Shown: positions 43,225 through 53,790 of the stretch, piece by piece
How the letters are laid out: every line of letters starts with the position of its first letter
How positions within the stretch are numbered: the first letter of the stretch is position 1
Assembly (NCBI GenBank): GCA_005880945.1
Contig: VBIU01000082.1
Location: forward strand, 1,505 to 65,504
DNA from: Chloroflexota bacterium
GTDB lineage: Bacteria > Chloroflexota > Dormibacteria > Dormibacterales > Dormibacteraceae
Direction: 5' to 3'
DNA: 64,000 bases
The notes under the pieces: model-generated
The model's input: the letters and a program-made list of their open reading frames with translations, nothing else
Told to the model about the DNA's origin: nothing
The model's database searches: none
Made by a program: the position numbers and the translations under genes

Positions 43225-45045
43225 GTGAGTCGAGCTCTACCCAATCGCAGCGAGGTGGACAAGAGATTCACATGGAACGGAGAGAGCGTTTTCGCTGACG
43301 GGGCCGCGTGGGAAGCCGCCGTCGACTCGGTCGTCGCCAGGCTTCCGGACTTGGCCGAGTTCAAGGGTCACCTGCGCGAATCACCGGACACGCTCGCCGA
43401 CTGGTTCGACGCCGCCGAGGGCGCCCAGCGGTTGATGGGCATGGTCAGTGTGTACGCGACCATGTCCTACTCGGTCGATGCCGGCGACCAGGCCGCGGGC
43501 GCTCGCGTCGACCGCGCGCGCACTGCCAGCGCGCAGTTGGGCGCGACGATGGCATTTGCGATTCCCGAGATGATCTCGATCGGTTTCCCCAAGCTGCGCG
43601 AGTGGGTGTCCAGCTCGATGCGCCTCGCCCACCTCGGCCACTACGTCGATCGCCTGGAGAAGATGCAAAGCCACGTACGCAGCCCCGAGGTCGAAGCGCT
43701 GCTGACCCAGGCGTCCGACCCCCTCTCAACCGCACTATCGGTCCACGGCGTGCTCGCCAACACCGACCTGAGATTCGCACCCGCATCAGGCGCGGGCGGC
43801 GAGGAAGAGGTGGCCCAGGGCACCATCGGGGCGCTGCTCACGAGCCCCGACCGGGACCTCCGGCGCACCGCCTTCGAGAGCTACGCGGACGCTCATCTGG
43901 CGATGCAGCATGCCATGGCGGCAAACCTCGCAGCCGGCGTCAAGCGAGATGTCTTCTACTCCCGCGCCCGCGGATATTCGACATCGCTGGAAGGAGCGCT
44001 CCAGCCCAACCACATCCCGGTCGCCGTTTTCGAAAACGTCATTCGCGCCTTCCGCGACAACCTCGGAACCTGGCATCGCTACTGGCGAGTTCGGCGCAAG
44101 GCACTGGGGCTTGAGATCCTGAAGCCATACGACACGCGCGCGCAGCTCGGAGCGTCGAAGTTGACGGTCCCATTCGAGCAATCCGTTAAATGGATCGCGG
44201 AGGGAGTGAAGCCCCTCGGCGAGGAATACGTCGCAGTCATGCTCAAAGGCGCGCTCGAGGAACGTTGGGTGGACGTATATCCCAACAAGGGCAAGCGGAT
44301 GGGCGCCTTCTCGTCCGGAGTGCCGGGCACTTTCCCGTTCATCCTCATGAGCTACAACGACGACATCTACTCCATGAGCACGCTCGCCCACGAGCTCGGC
44401 CATTCGATGCATTCGTACTACACCCGCAAGACTCAACCGTATGTCTACTCCGGGTACGGGCTGTTCCAGGCCGAGGTGGCTTCCAACATGCACCAGGCGC
44501 TGACCCGAAGGCACCTGCTCTCCACCAACCCCGATCCGGAGTTTCAGATCGCGGTGATCGAAGAAGCGATGGCCAACTTCTATCGCTACTTCTTCATCAT
44601 GCCGTCGCTGGCCCGATTCGAGCTCGAGATACACGAACGCGTCGAGCGTGGTGCGGCCCTGACGGTCGACTACCTCAACGAGCTCATGGCCGACCTTATC
44701 GCCGAGGTGCATGGCTCCGAGGTGGAGGTGTCAGAGCGCGACCGAGAGCGCCTCGGTTCTACGTGGGCGCAGTTTCACACGCACCTCTACAGCAACTTCT
44801 ACGTCTACCAGTACGCGACCGGGATCGCAGGTGCCAACCACCTGGCCAAGCGGGTCGCGGACGGCGACCCCGATGCGATCGCCGCCTACCTCACATTCCT
44901 GAAGGGAGGCGGCTCCATGTACCCGCTGGAGGGCCTCAAGCTCGCCGGCGTCGACATGACGTCGCCCGAGCCTGTCGCGTCTGCCTTCGCCGAGCTGGCG
45001 GGAATGGTCACCCGGCTCGAGGAGCTGGTCGCGGGCAGAAACTGA
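43225..45045 (+). CDS. pepF: oligoendopeptidase F (M3B)
   Basis: KGKRMGAFS, AHELGHSMH, AEVAS, NFYVYQYATG. Confidence 0.92.
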   Translation: MSRALPNRSEVDKRFTWNGESVFADGAAWEAAVDSVVARLPDLAEFKGHLRESPDTLADWFDAAEGAQRLMGMVSVYATMSYSVDAGDQAAGARVDRARTASAQLGATMAFAIPEMISIGFPKLREWVSSSMRLAHLGHYVDRLEKMQSHVRSPEVEALLTQASDPLSTALSVHGVLANTDLRFAPASGAGGEEEVAQGTIGALLTSPDRDLRRTAFESYADAHLAMQHAMAANLAAGVKRDVFYSRARGYSTSLEGALQPNHIPVAVFENVIRAFRDNLGTWHRYWRVRRKALGLEILKPYDTRAQLGASKLTVPFEQSVKWIAEGVKPLGEEYVAVMLKGALEERWVDVYPNKGKRMGAFSSGVPGTFPFILMSYNDDIYSMSTLAHELGHSMHSYYTRKTQPYVYSGYGLFQAEVASNMHQALTRRHLLSTNPDPEFQIAVIEEAMANFYRYFFIMPSLARFELEIHERVERGAALTVDYLNELMADLIAEVHGSEVEVSERDRERLGSTWAQFHTHLYSNFYVYQYATGIAGANHLAKRVADGDPDAIAAYLTFLKGGGSMYPLEGLKLAGVDMTSPEPVASAFAELAGMVTRLEELVAGRN

Positions 45046-45049
45046 CGGA

Positions 45050-45475
45050 GTGGCGGCGATTCCCGACACCAATCGAACCCAGCGGCTGGTTCTCGCCTTT
45101 TTCGCCGTGGTCTGGATCGCATTGGCGGTCATCCTTGTGGCGGCACCCGAGATCTACGACGCCCCACTGGGTCTCGGGCCCGGCGCTCACCGGCTGTCAG
45201 ACCTCGCGTTTCTGATCCTGATCTCAGCGCTCATCGCGATCGTGGCGATTGGCGTGCTGAGGAGGTGGCGATGGGCCTTCTGGCTCGTCGTGGTCGCGTT
45301 CATGGCCGGCATCCTCCGGTTGCTCGCCTCTGCCTTGCAGCTCACGAACATCTTGCCTGGCGGAGGTCCCGCTTGGTATGTCGCGCTGCAAGCCGCGATC
45401 GGAACCGCTCAGTTCTTGATCGCACTGGCGATGATCGCCGGCTACCGGAAAGCCGGAGTCTGGGGAGCCTTTTGA
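45050..45475 (+). CDS. hypothetical membrane protein
   Basis: four hydrophobic segments, directly after pepF. Confidence 0.7.
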   Translation: MAAIPDTNRTQRLVLAFFAVVWIALAVILVAAPEIYDAPLGLGPGAHRLSDLAFLILISALIAIVAIGVLRRWRWAFWLVVVAFMAGILRLLASALQLTNILPGGGPAWYVALQAAIGTAQFLIALAMIAGYRKAGVWGAF

Positions 45476-45594
45476 GACAGAGCAGCTTCATCCGCTCAAG
45501 CTGCGCTGGGTTGCGCCTGCAAGGGTCCGCAGCCGCCCATTTCTCACGACAAGGGATAAGCTGAGAGCGAAGTCGGGCCAGCGGAGGTAGCGAG

Positions 45595-46056
45595 GTGGCG
45601 AGACACTCAGCGGCGATAACCCGGGCACTTGACAAGATCGAGCGATTGGACCTGAAGCAGATCGTGGCCAGGACCGCAGAGGAGTACGGCTGGACGGATT
45701 ACCAGACCGACGAAGCCGAGGACTGGTACAAGAATTTCCTGAAGCTCTGCTACCTCAACCGCCGCCAGCCGGTGGCGGCCCTGGGCAAGGACGCGGACAT
45801 CCTGTGGCATCAGCACATCCTCAATACCGTCCGCTACCAGAAGGACTGCAGGGCCATCTTCGGCCACTATCTCAACCACGACCCGATCGACGGAAAGCCT
45901 TCAGCGGCTGAAGAGAAAGCGCTCGAGCGGACCAAGAAGCAGTACTTGAAGGAATTCGGCGCGCTTCCTGACGACGTCTCCTTTCGATGTCTGAAAATTC
46001 CAATTCCGCCGATCCCGCCGCCACCTCACGGAGGCACTGAGCGGGTCACGCGCTAG
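45595..46056 (+). CDS. GRDP1/DUF1399-like domain protein
   Basis: YKNFLKL...DILWHQHILNT..Y..DC..IFG.YL.H; GGAGG SD. Confidence 0.65.
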   Translation: MARHSAAITRALDKIERLDLKQIVARTAEEYGWTDYQTDEAEDWYKNFLKLCYLNRRQPVAALGKDADILWHQHILNTVRYQKDCRAIFGHYLNHDPIDGKPSAAEEKALERTKKQYLKEFGALPDDVSFRCLKIPIPPIPPPPHGGTERVTR

Positions 46057-48628
46057 GCGCTTCCTCGCCGAGGGCATAGGCAACCGCCGCTTGCAGGCTC
46101 ATGCGGCCGCCACGTGCCAGCATGGTTCGGGCGCGGCTGCTTCGGCGCGCGGGACCCATTCGCTCCCTGAGCATGCGCTGCAGCCGTGAGCCAGGCGGCG
46201 ATCCGATGCGCCGGCGCAGGGCCCGTGCCGCTCCAGCCAGCCGCATCGCCCTTTCATCCTCGCCGCCGGCGGCCGCGGTCAGGGCGAATCCATCGAGGAT
46301 CATCGCGACCTGCCGTGGGCTCACCTGCTCTCGCCAACCAGACAGGGCGCGCGCGAGCCGCGTGCGCGCGACCGCCACCTCCCCGCGCCCGGCCGCGATA
46401 TAGCCGAGGACCGCCATCGACACAGCCACCAGCTCCGCATCACCGATCTGTTCCGCCAGTCCGCTTGCCGCTTCGACGTTGCGCTTGGCGTCAATCTCGG
46501 CGCCTTCCAGCATGTCGATGACGCCGAGGCGAAACATGCAGGTGGCATGAAGCTTCCCCTCCCCAAGCTCCTGCGCAGCGGTTAAGGCTGCGACGGCAAA
46601 CTGCCGCGCGGCTTTGAAGTCCTCCCGCTGGGAGCTGACCTGGGCCAGCTGCTCGAGGGACCATCCCACTCCCGATCGATCTCCGAGGACCCTGCATATC
46701 TCGAGGCTCTCCCTGCACAAAGCCGCTGCCTCGTCGAAATCGCTCTGCGCCCAGGCCATCAACGCCAGTCCACGCAGCGCGGCCGCTCGGACGCTCGACT
46801 GCTCCGGTGCCGCCGCAAGTGCTTCGGCCAGGCCCAACCTGGCCTCGCCGTAGCGGCTCTGCGTGCCCCAGTATTCGACCAGCGCGACGGCAAGTCGCAG
46901 CCGGCCCTCGCCAGCCAGGCCTGTACCGCTCAGGGCGGCGCGGAAGTTGTCGTTGTCCGCATCCATCCGCTGAAGCCAGCTCGGTCCATCGGGTCCGCGC
47001 AAGTGAGGCCCCGCGGTTTCCGCCAGCGCGAGGAAATGAGCCGCGTGACGCTCACGAGTGGCCTTCTCATCCAGTGTCGCAAGGCGCTCCAACCCATACT
47101 CCCGAAGCGTCTCCAGCAGGACGTGGCGTGTCCGCCCCTCGTGTCCCGGCCGCACGGTGACCAACGACTTATCGACGAGTCGCCACACCGTTTCGGCCAC
47201 CTCAGCTCGAGCAACACCGTCCCCGGCGCAGACAGCCTCTGCAGATTCGAGAGCGAAGCCGCCGACGAAGACAGCGAGCCGTGCGAAGACGACGCGCTCG
47301 CGCGTCGTGAGCAGCTCGTGGCTCCAGTCAATGGCGGAACGCAGAGTTCGATGACGGACGTCCCTGCCTCGGCGCCCAGACCCCAGCAGCGCGAACCTGT
47401 CACCCAGGCGCCCCACTATCTCGCGGGGTGACATCGCCGCAGTCCGCGCGGCGGCGAGCTCTATGGCCAGGGGAAGTCCGTCGAGCCGCTCGCAGATCTC
47501 TGTCACAGCCGTTCTGTCGTCCTCGCTCACTATCGAATCGGGACGCCGCATGCGCGCCCGGTCGTTGAAGAGCCGCACGGCCTCAGAAGCCGCAGGCAGC
47601 GGCGCGACCGGCCAGGTCGCCTCGCCGGGCACTCCGAGCGCCTCACCGCTCGTGGCCAGGATGCTCAAGTTGGGACTGGCCTCGAGCAGGTCTTCGCAGA
47701 GGCCGGCCACCGACTCGATAAGGTGCTCACAGCTGTCGAGCAACAGGATCAGCCGCGCGCCCGCAAGCCAATCTGCGATCGCGCGCGCATCGATAACGCG
47801 TGATTCGTCTCGCAGCCCGAGAGCGTTGGCGACCGTGGAGGCGACCAGGGCCGGGTCGGCGAGCGATGCCAGCTCGGCAAGCGCTACAGGGGTGCGGCCG
47901 GAGACTTCTTCGGCGACACGCAGGCTCATCCGCGTTTTGCCAACCCCGGATGGACCCACCAACGTGACGAGTCGGTGCTGCCTGATGAGCTTCTTCACCT
48001 CGCCAACGTCGATGTCTCGATCTACGAAGCTCGTCACTGGAAGGGGCAGGCTGTGCCGGCGAACCGCTTCCGATTTGAGCCGCGGAAATTCGTTCTCGAG
48101 GTCGGGATGAGACAGCTGATGGACGTGCTCTCGCTTGTCGAGGTCCCGAAGCCGGTGCCACCCCATGTCGACAAGGCTTGCTCGCGCCGGGAGACGGCGC
48201 CGGGCCAGATCGGCGCTGGCGGCGGTCAGCAATGTCTGGCCTCCGTAGCCGATGGCCATCAGCCGCGCGCAGCGATACAGAGGCTGACCGTAGTAATGGC
48301 CACCACGCAGCTCGGCCTCGCCCGTGTTGATGGCCACCCGGATCCTCAGATGGGCGCCCTTGGGCCAGGACTGGACCGCGAAGGTTCGCTGAACCGCTAG
48401 GGCGCAGCGGACCGCACGCCCGGCGCTGCGGAAGGCGGCCAGCACGCTGTCGCCCTCGCGGCCGGACTCGACGAGGAAGCCGTCGCTTCGGCCAATCTCG
48501 AGCGTGAGGATCCGATCGTGCTCGAGCATCGCCTGTCGCATCGCCTCGGGATTGGTCTCCCACTTGCGCGTCGAGTCCTCGACGTCCGTCAGCATGAACG
48601 TGACGACCCCAGCGGGAAGCTCATTCAT
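46046..48628 (-). CDS. class III cyclase - STAND NTPase - TPR protein
   Basis: TDVEDST and EGDS (cyclase); GPSGVGKT, LLDSCEH, LDGLPLAIELAAA (NB-ARC-like); TPR-like helices. Confidence 0.88.
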   Translation of the reverse strand: MNELPAGVVTFMLTDVEDSTRKWETNPEAMRQAMLEHDRILTLEIGRSDGFLVESGREGDSVLAAFRSAGRAVRCALAVQRTFAVQSWPKGAHLRIRVAINTGEAELRGGHYYGQPLYRCARLMAIGYGGQTLLTAASADLARRRLPARASLVDMGWHRLRDLDKREHVHQLSHPDLENEFPRLKSEAVRRHSLPLPVTSFVDRDIDVGEVKKLIRQHRLVTLVGPSGVGKTRMSLRVAEEVSGRTPVALAELASLADPALVASTVANALGLRDESRVIDARAIADWLAGARLILLLDSCEHLIESVAGLCEDLLEASPNLSILATSGEALGVPGEATWPVAPLPAASEAVRLFNDRARMRRPDSIVSEDDRTAVTEICERLDGLPLAIELAAARTAAMSPREIVGRLGDRFALLGSGRRGRDVRHRTLRSAIDWSHELLTTRERVVFARLAVFVGGFALESAEAVCAGDGVARAEVAETVWRLVDKSLVTVRPGHEGRTRHVLLETLREYGLERLATLDEKATRERHAAHFLALAETAGPHLRGPDGPSWLQRMDADNDNFRAALSGTGLAGEGRLRLAVALVEYWGTQSRYGEARLGLAEALAAAPEQSSVRAAALRGLALMAWAQSDFDEAAALCRESLEICRVLGDRSGVGWSLEQLAQVSSQREDFKAARQFAVAALTAAQELGEGKLHATCMFRLGVIDMLEGAEIDAKRNVEAASGLAEQIGDAELVAVSMAVLGYIAAGRGEVAVARTRLARALSGWREQVSPRQVAMILDGFALTAAAGGEDERAMRLAGAARALRRRIGSPPGSRLQRMLRERMGPARRSSRARTMLARGGRMSLQAAVAYALGEEAPSA

Positions 48629-48635
48629 GGGCGAG

Positions 48636-49124
48636 TTATTTTGGGCGCCTCCCGGTTTTCCCGGCGCGCGCTCGAGCGGCCGGACTATCACCGTCGAGCT
48701 TCATCCGGTAGAGGTTGCTCTCCCGCAGCTCGAAGCCCAGCCGAGGATAGAGCCGGTTTGCCGCTTCTCGCCGCCGTGCCGACTGCAGCTCGACGAGCTG
48801 GGCGCCGCGCTGCCGCGCCACGTTGATGCATTCCCTTATCAGCGCCTCACCGACGCCCCGTCCGCGCGCTCTCTCGTCGACGACGACATCCTCGATACGA
48901 GCCTTCACCCAGGCGGGGGTCGTGTAGACGATCACGGTCGCGGTCGCGACGATGGCGCCATTCTCGCTCGCGACGAGAAGCGTGGTCGCGGGATCGGAAA
49001 GAACGGCGGCCAGCTCAGGCTGTGTTGGCGCGACCAGTGTGGCGTTCAGCTGCGGCAGCAACGACGCCAGCGCCCGCGCCAGCTCCGGCGTCGCCTGGGT
49101 CGCCGCCTCGATTTTGAGAACCAC
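48636..49124 (-). CDS. GNAT acetyltransferase
   Basis: IEDVVVDERARGRGVG, ANRLYPRLGF. Confidence 0.85.
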   Translation of the reverse strand: MVLKIEAATQATPELARALASLLPQLNATLVAPTQPELAAVLSDPATTLLVASENGAIVATATVIVYTTPAWVKARIEDVVVDERARGRGVGEALIRECINVARQRGAQLVELQSARRREAANRLYPRLGFELRESNLYRMKLDGDSPAARARAGKTGRRPK

Positions 49125-49146
49125 CGCCCAGAAGGCTAAACCCCCG

Positions 49147-52059
49147 ATGATGTGGCGGGTGGCGGCCGTTGACCTCGACGCGATCAGAGATCGGCTCATG
49201 GCGGCGGTGGAACACGGGAGCGCACCGCTCGAGCTGTCGTCATTGCTTGTGCGAGGCGAGCCGATCACTTACGGGGAGGCCATTCGTGGCGAGTTCTCCA
49301 CGATCAGAGTCGGCGACCGCTGGGGGCCACCATGGAGCACCACCTGGTTCCATGTGACAGGTCGCCTGCCCGCCGACTGGGCGGGCCGGCAGGCGGTGGC
49401 GCGCTTCGACCTGGGCTTCGAAGGCCCGACCGGTTTCACATGCGAGGCCCTGGCATGGAAGGACGGCATACCCTGGCGCGGCGTCGATCCCAACCACGCG
49501 TGGCTTCCGATCTCCGGAACCGGGGTCGACTTCTACCTGGAGGCTGCGGCCAACCCGAGGGCCACCGTTTCGGGACCGGGCAGTGCGCAGTCGATGATCG
49601 CGCTGCGAGGTTCGGACGAGCCGGCGTTCACTCTCCGCCGGGCGGAGCTGAAGGTCCAGGATCCGGGACTGCGGAAGGTCGCTCTCGACTTCACTGTTTT
49701 GCTCGAGGTCGCCGGCGTACTGCCGGACGGCGACCGGCGCCGCGAGATCCTGCAGGCGTTGGACCGTTTTGCGCGATCAAACGATCCGGCAGCGCTGGCC
49801 GCGGTGGTGTCGCGACCCGGCGCATCGGACCATCTGATCACCGCGGTCGGCCACGCCCACATCGATACGGCCTGGCTGTGGCCGCTGCGCGAGGCCCGCC
49901 GCAAGTGCGCGCGTAGCTGGTCGACGCAGCTGGAGCTGATGGACGAGTATCCCGACTACGTGTTCGCCTGTTCGCAGCCGGCGCAATACGCATGGGTCAA
50001 AGAGTCATACCCGGACATCTACGCGAAGATCAGGGAAAAGGTGGCGATCGGCCGGTGGGAGCCTGTAGGGGCGATGTGGGTCGAGGCCGATTGCAACCTG
50101 CCATCGGGAGAATCGCTCGTTCGCCAGCTGTTGCACGGCAAGCGTTTCTTCATCCAGGAGTTCGGATACGAGACCAGGATCCTCTGGCTGCCTGACGTGT
50201 TCGGCTATCCGGGCAATCTGCCACAGCTCATCAAAGAGGCCGGGTGCGACTACTTCCTGACTCAGAAGCTCTCCTGGAACGACACCAACAAGCCGGAGCA
50301 CCAGACGTTCTGGTGGGAGGGCATCGACGGGACTCGAGTTCTCACCCACTTCCCGCCGGCTGACACGTACAACGGCGACTTCAGCGCCAAAGAGCTGGAG
50401 AGCAGCGTGCGGAACTTCAAGGACGCGTCGCGCTCCAACCATTCGCTGTACCTGTTCGGTTGGGGCGACGGGGGCGGAGGGCCCACGACAGAGATGATCG
50501 AGTCCGCACACCGAATCGGCGTTGGGTTGGGACACGCTTCCGAGTTCTTCGCGCGCGCCTCATCCGAGGCACGCGACCTGGTCACCGTGGCAGGCGAGCT
50601 GTACTTTGAGCTTCACCGCGGCACCTACACGAGCCAGTCGAACACCAAGCGTTTGAACCGGCTGGCGCAGACCGCGCTCCGCTATGCGGAGATGTGGTCG
50701 GTCGCGTCGTTGGACACGGGTTCCAGAGGTGTGCTCGACTCGATGTGGAAGACGCTGCTGCTGAATCAGTTCCACGACATCCTTCCAGGCTCGAGCATCG
50801 ATTGGGTTTACGAAGAGGCGAATCGGGATCTGCAACAAGTGGCGTCACAGGCTTTCGAGCTGAGCGACGCCGCGATTTCAACCCTGGCGGGCTCAGGCCA
50901 AGAGCTGGCCGTGTTCAATGTTGCGTCGCACCCTCGCCGAGAGATAGTGCCTTCGGACAGCGGCTTCGTTCGCGTGGAGGCGCCGCCCTGTGGGTGGGCC
51001 GTCCAAGTCGAACATCCGGAAGAAGAAGGTGTGTCTGTTTCGGATCACACCATGGAGAACAGCCTGCTGAGAGTTAGGTGGGACGACAACGGCGTCTTGA
51101 CCTCGATCTGGGATAAGGAGGTCGGTCGTGAGGTGCTGAGCGGACCAGGCAACTTGCTTCAGCTCCACGATGACAATCCCGCACGCTGGGACGCGTGGGA
51201 CCTGGATGCCGACTACCGGCGCTCATACGTGGAGGTCACCGAGATCGAGCAGGTCAAACTCCTGAGCGGACTCCGTGGAACGCTCAGATTCGGACGCAGG
51301 TTTGGCAATTCGAAGCTTGCTCAGTCCATGTCGCTTGATTCGGGTTCACGCGTGCTGCGCTTCGTGACGGGCGTCGATTGGCAGGAGCGGCACAAGCTTC
51401 TCAAGGTCGCTTTCCCAGTGTCGGTTAGCTCGCGTGAGGCCACATATGAGGTCCAGTTCGGACACCTGCGGCGGCCCACGCACGAAGAAACAAGCCAGGC
51501 GCGAGCGATGTTCGAGGTCTGCGCGCAGCGTTGGGCGGACCTCGGGGATCGCGACTACGGCGTCGCGCTGCTCAACGACTGCAAGCATGGATACGACATC
51601 CGCGGCTCGGTGATGCGCCTTTCGCTGCTCCGCGCGCCAACACATCCGGACCCAACCGCCGACCAGGGCAGCCACAACTTCACGTATGCGCTGATGCCAC
51701 ATCCGGGTGACTTTCGTGAGGCCGGCGTGATCGAGGCGGCTGAGGACCTGAATTTTCCACTCGAGGTCGTGCACAGCAGCCTGCCGGCAGGCAGCTCTCG
51801 GTCGCTGATCGATGTCGACACACCGCAGGTCATCGTCGAGGCGATCAAACGCGCGGAGGACTCCGACGCGACGATCGTTCGGCTCTACGAAGCCTGGGGA
51901 GGCCGGTGCCGCGCCCACATCCGGACCACGCTGCCGGCCAGGCGCGCCTTCCTGTGCGACCTGCTCGAGCGAGAGCGAGCGGAGGTCGCCGTGCACTCAG
52001 GCGAGCTCGACCTCGAGTTCGGGCCTTTCAAGATCATCACCCTCAGCCTGGAGCCCTAG
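49147..52059 (+). CDS. GH38 alpha-mannosidase
   Basis: GHAHIDTAWLWP, WLPDVFG, GDGGGGP, NQFHDILPG; start uncertain. Confidence 0.92.
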   Translation: MMWRVAAVDLDAIRDRLMAAVEHGSAPLELSSLLVRGEPITYGEAIRGEFSTIRVGDRWGPPWSTTWFHVTGRLPADWAGRQAVARFDLGFEGPTGFTCEALAWKDGIPWRGVDPNHAWLPISGTGVDFYLEAAANPRATVSGPGSAQSMIALRGSDEPAFTLRRAELKVQDPGLRKVALDFTVLLEVAGVLPDGDRRREILQALDRFARSNDPAALAAVVSRPGASDHLITAVGHAHIDTAWLWPLREARRKCARSWSTQLELMDEYPDYVFACSQPAQYAWVKESYPDIYAKIREKVAIGRWEPVGAMWVEADCNLPSGESLVRQLLHGKRFFIQEFGYETRILWLPDVFGYPGNLPQLIKEAGCDYFLTQKLSWNDTNKPEHQTFWWEGIDGTRVLTHFPPADTYNGDFSAKELESSVRNFKDASRSNHSLYLFGWGDGGGGPTTEMIESAHRIGVGLGHASEFFARASSEARDLVTVAGELYFELHRGTYTSQSNTKRLNRLAQTALRYAEMWSVASLDTGSRGVLDSMWKTLLLNQFHDILPGSSIDWVYEEANRDLQQVASQAFELSDAAISTLAGSGQELAVFNVASHPRREIVPSDSGFVRVEAPPCGWAVQVEHPEEEGVSVSDHTMENSLLRVRWDDNGVLTSIWDKEVGREVLSGPGNLLQLHDDNPARWDAWDLDADYRRSYVEVTEIEQVKLLSGLRGTLRFGRRFGNSKLAQSMSLDSGSRVLRFVTGVDWQERHKLLKVAFPVSVSSREATYEVQFGHLRRPTHEETSQARAMFEVCAQRWADLGDRDYGVALLNDCKHGYDIRGSVMRLSLLRAPTHPDPTADQGSHNFTYALMPHPGDFREAGVIEAAEDLNFPLEVVHSSLPAGSSRSLIDVDTPQVIVEAIKRAEDSDATIVRLYEAWGGRCRAHIRTTLPARRAFLCDLLERERAEVAVHSGELDLEFGPFKIITLSLEP

Positions 52060-52355
52060 AACAGCCGCACCAGGGCCGCGGTGGCGGCGCCGGCGGCGAC
52101 TACTACCAGGAAAGGCGCACGCAGCAGGACGGCAACGCCGGCCACGGCAAGCGCCGCGCCGCGAGCGTCGAGAACCAGGTGGGTGCCCGTCGCGAATGTC
52201 TGCGTCGCGATCAGCGCTGCGAGCAGGGCGACCGGGAGCAACGGCACCGTGCGCTGGATGCGAGGGTCGCGAAGGAAGCGCTGAGGCAGTGACAGCCCGG
52301 CCAGCTTGATCGCGTAACACGCGGCAGAAGCGACGAGGAGCGGCGCCCAGCTCAT
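52056..52355 (-). CDS. AzlD domain protein
   Basis: LLPVALLAAL, RAPFLVVV; paired with AzlC. Confidence 0.8.
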   Translation of the reverse strand: MSWAPLLVASAACYAIKLAGLSLPQRFLRDPRIQRTVPLLPVALLAALIATQTFATGTHLVLDARGAALAVAGVAVLLRAPFLVVVAAGAATAALVRLF

Positions 52356-53026
52356 CGCGCGGGTCTCAGCCCGACTGCGACCACCAGCAGGGCAACGATC
52401 AGGAGCGGAACACCCGGCGGAACGAACGGGAGAACGACGAGCGCTACGATGGCCGCGCCCAGCGCTATCGCGATCGGTTCGCGCCCACGGAGCCGCGGGG
52501 CGATCAGGGCGAGAAACGCCGCCGGTGGGGCTGCGTCGAAGCCGAGGGCTTTTGGATCAGGCAGCACCTGCGTGGCCAGCGCGCCGGCCAGGGTGCCCAA
52601 GTTCCAGAGCGAGAAGAGGATCACCCCGGTGGCCCAGAACGCAAACCGGCTCTCGGCGGGCTTGTCTCGGGCGATCGCCATGGCGGTGGGTTCATCGATG
52701 ACAAAATGCGAGGCGACGACTCGGCGGAACCCAGCGACTTCCAGGAGTGACGAGAGCCTCACACCGTATAGCGCGTTGCGTGTGCCCACCAGCGCCGCCG
52801 TCGCCGCTCCGGCCCAAGGGCTCCCGCCCGCCCCGATGATGCCGACAAGAGCGAACTGGGACGCGCCAGTGAACATCAAGACCGAAAGCGCGCAGGTCTG
52901 CAGGACCGACAGGCCGGCACTGGTCGAGATTGCTCCAAACGAAAGAGCGTAGGCACCGCTCGCAATGCCGATCCCGAGCGCGTCTCTGACGATTGCTCTT
53001 CGCGAGCTAGGCGATCTGGGTGCTAC
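52352..53026 (-). CDS. AzlC family permease, no canonical start at the expected position
   Basis: MFTGASQFA, RNALYG, FVIDEPTA, LWNLGT. Confidence 0.75.
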   Translation of the reverse strand, partial: VAPRSPSSRRAIVRDALGIGIASGAYALSFGAISTSAGLSVLQTCALSVLMFTGASQFALVGIIGAGGSPWAGAATAALVGTRNALYGVRLSSLLEVAGFRRVVASHFVIDEPTAMAIARDKPAESRFAFWATGVILFSLWNLGTLAGALATQVLPDPKALGFDAAPPAAFLALIAPRLRGREPIAIALGAAIVALVVLPFVPPGVPLLIVALLVVAVGLRPAR

Positions 53027-53790
53027 TCCGGCGTCACGTACGCCGCGCTGAGGCCGCCATCCACCAGGAAGGTGGCGCCGTTCACGTAGCTCGATTCGTC
53101 GCTCGCCAGGAACAAGGCGGCGTTCGCGATCTCCCTGGCCTTGGCCAGCCTTCCCATCGGCAGGTGCACGCGCCGCCGCTCGTACGCGCCGGGCGTCTCG
53201 GAGAAGAGGCGCATCAACAACGGTGTTTCGACCGGGCCTGGGCAAAGCGCGTTGACACGTATCCCCTGTCGCGCGAACTGGACGGCGAGCTCGCGGCTCA
53301 TCGAGAGAACGGCCCCCTTCGACGCCGTGTACGCCACCTGCGACGTGGCGGCTCCCATCAAAGCGACGAAGGAGGCCACGTTGATCACAGAGCCTCCGCC
53401 TGCCTTGAGCAGATGGGGAATCCCGTACTTGCAGCAGAGGAACACTCCCTTGGCATTGACGGCCTGGACCCTGTCCCAAGCGTCAGGCTCGGTGACGAGG
53501 ATCGAATCGTCGTCGGCCGGCATGATGCCGGCGTTGTTGTAGAGCACGTCGATGCGGCCGTAGCGCTTCTCGGTCTCCGCGTACATCGCCTGCACGCTCT
53601 TCGGATCGCTGACATCCGCCTTGAAGAAGAAAGCTTCCCGGCACTCGGCGGCCGCCTTCTCGCCAGCCTCGGCGCCCACGTCGGCGACGCAAACTCGGGC
53701 TCCCTCGCCCGAAAAAAGAATCGCGGCCTCGCGACCGATCCCACCGGCAGCGCCGGTGATGACGGCGACCTTGCCGTCGAGCCTTCCCAT
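53023..53790 (-). CDS. short-chain dehydrogenase/reductase
   Basis: TGAAGGIG, NNAG, YTASKG, NALCPG. Confidence 0.92.
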   Translation of the reverse strand: MGRLDGKVAVITGAAGGIGREAAILFSGEGARVCVADVGAEAGEKAAAECREAFFFKADVSDPKSVQAMYAETEKRYGRIDVLYNNAGIMPADDDSILVTEPDAWDRVQAVNAKGVFLCCKYGIPHLLKAGGGSVINVASFVALMGAATSQVAYTASKGAVLSMSRELAVQFARQGIRVNALCPGPVETPLLMRLFSETPGAYERRRVHLPMGRLAKAREIANAALFLASDESSYVNGATFLVDGGLSAAYVTPE

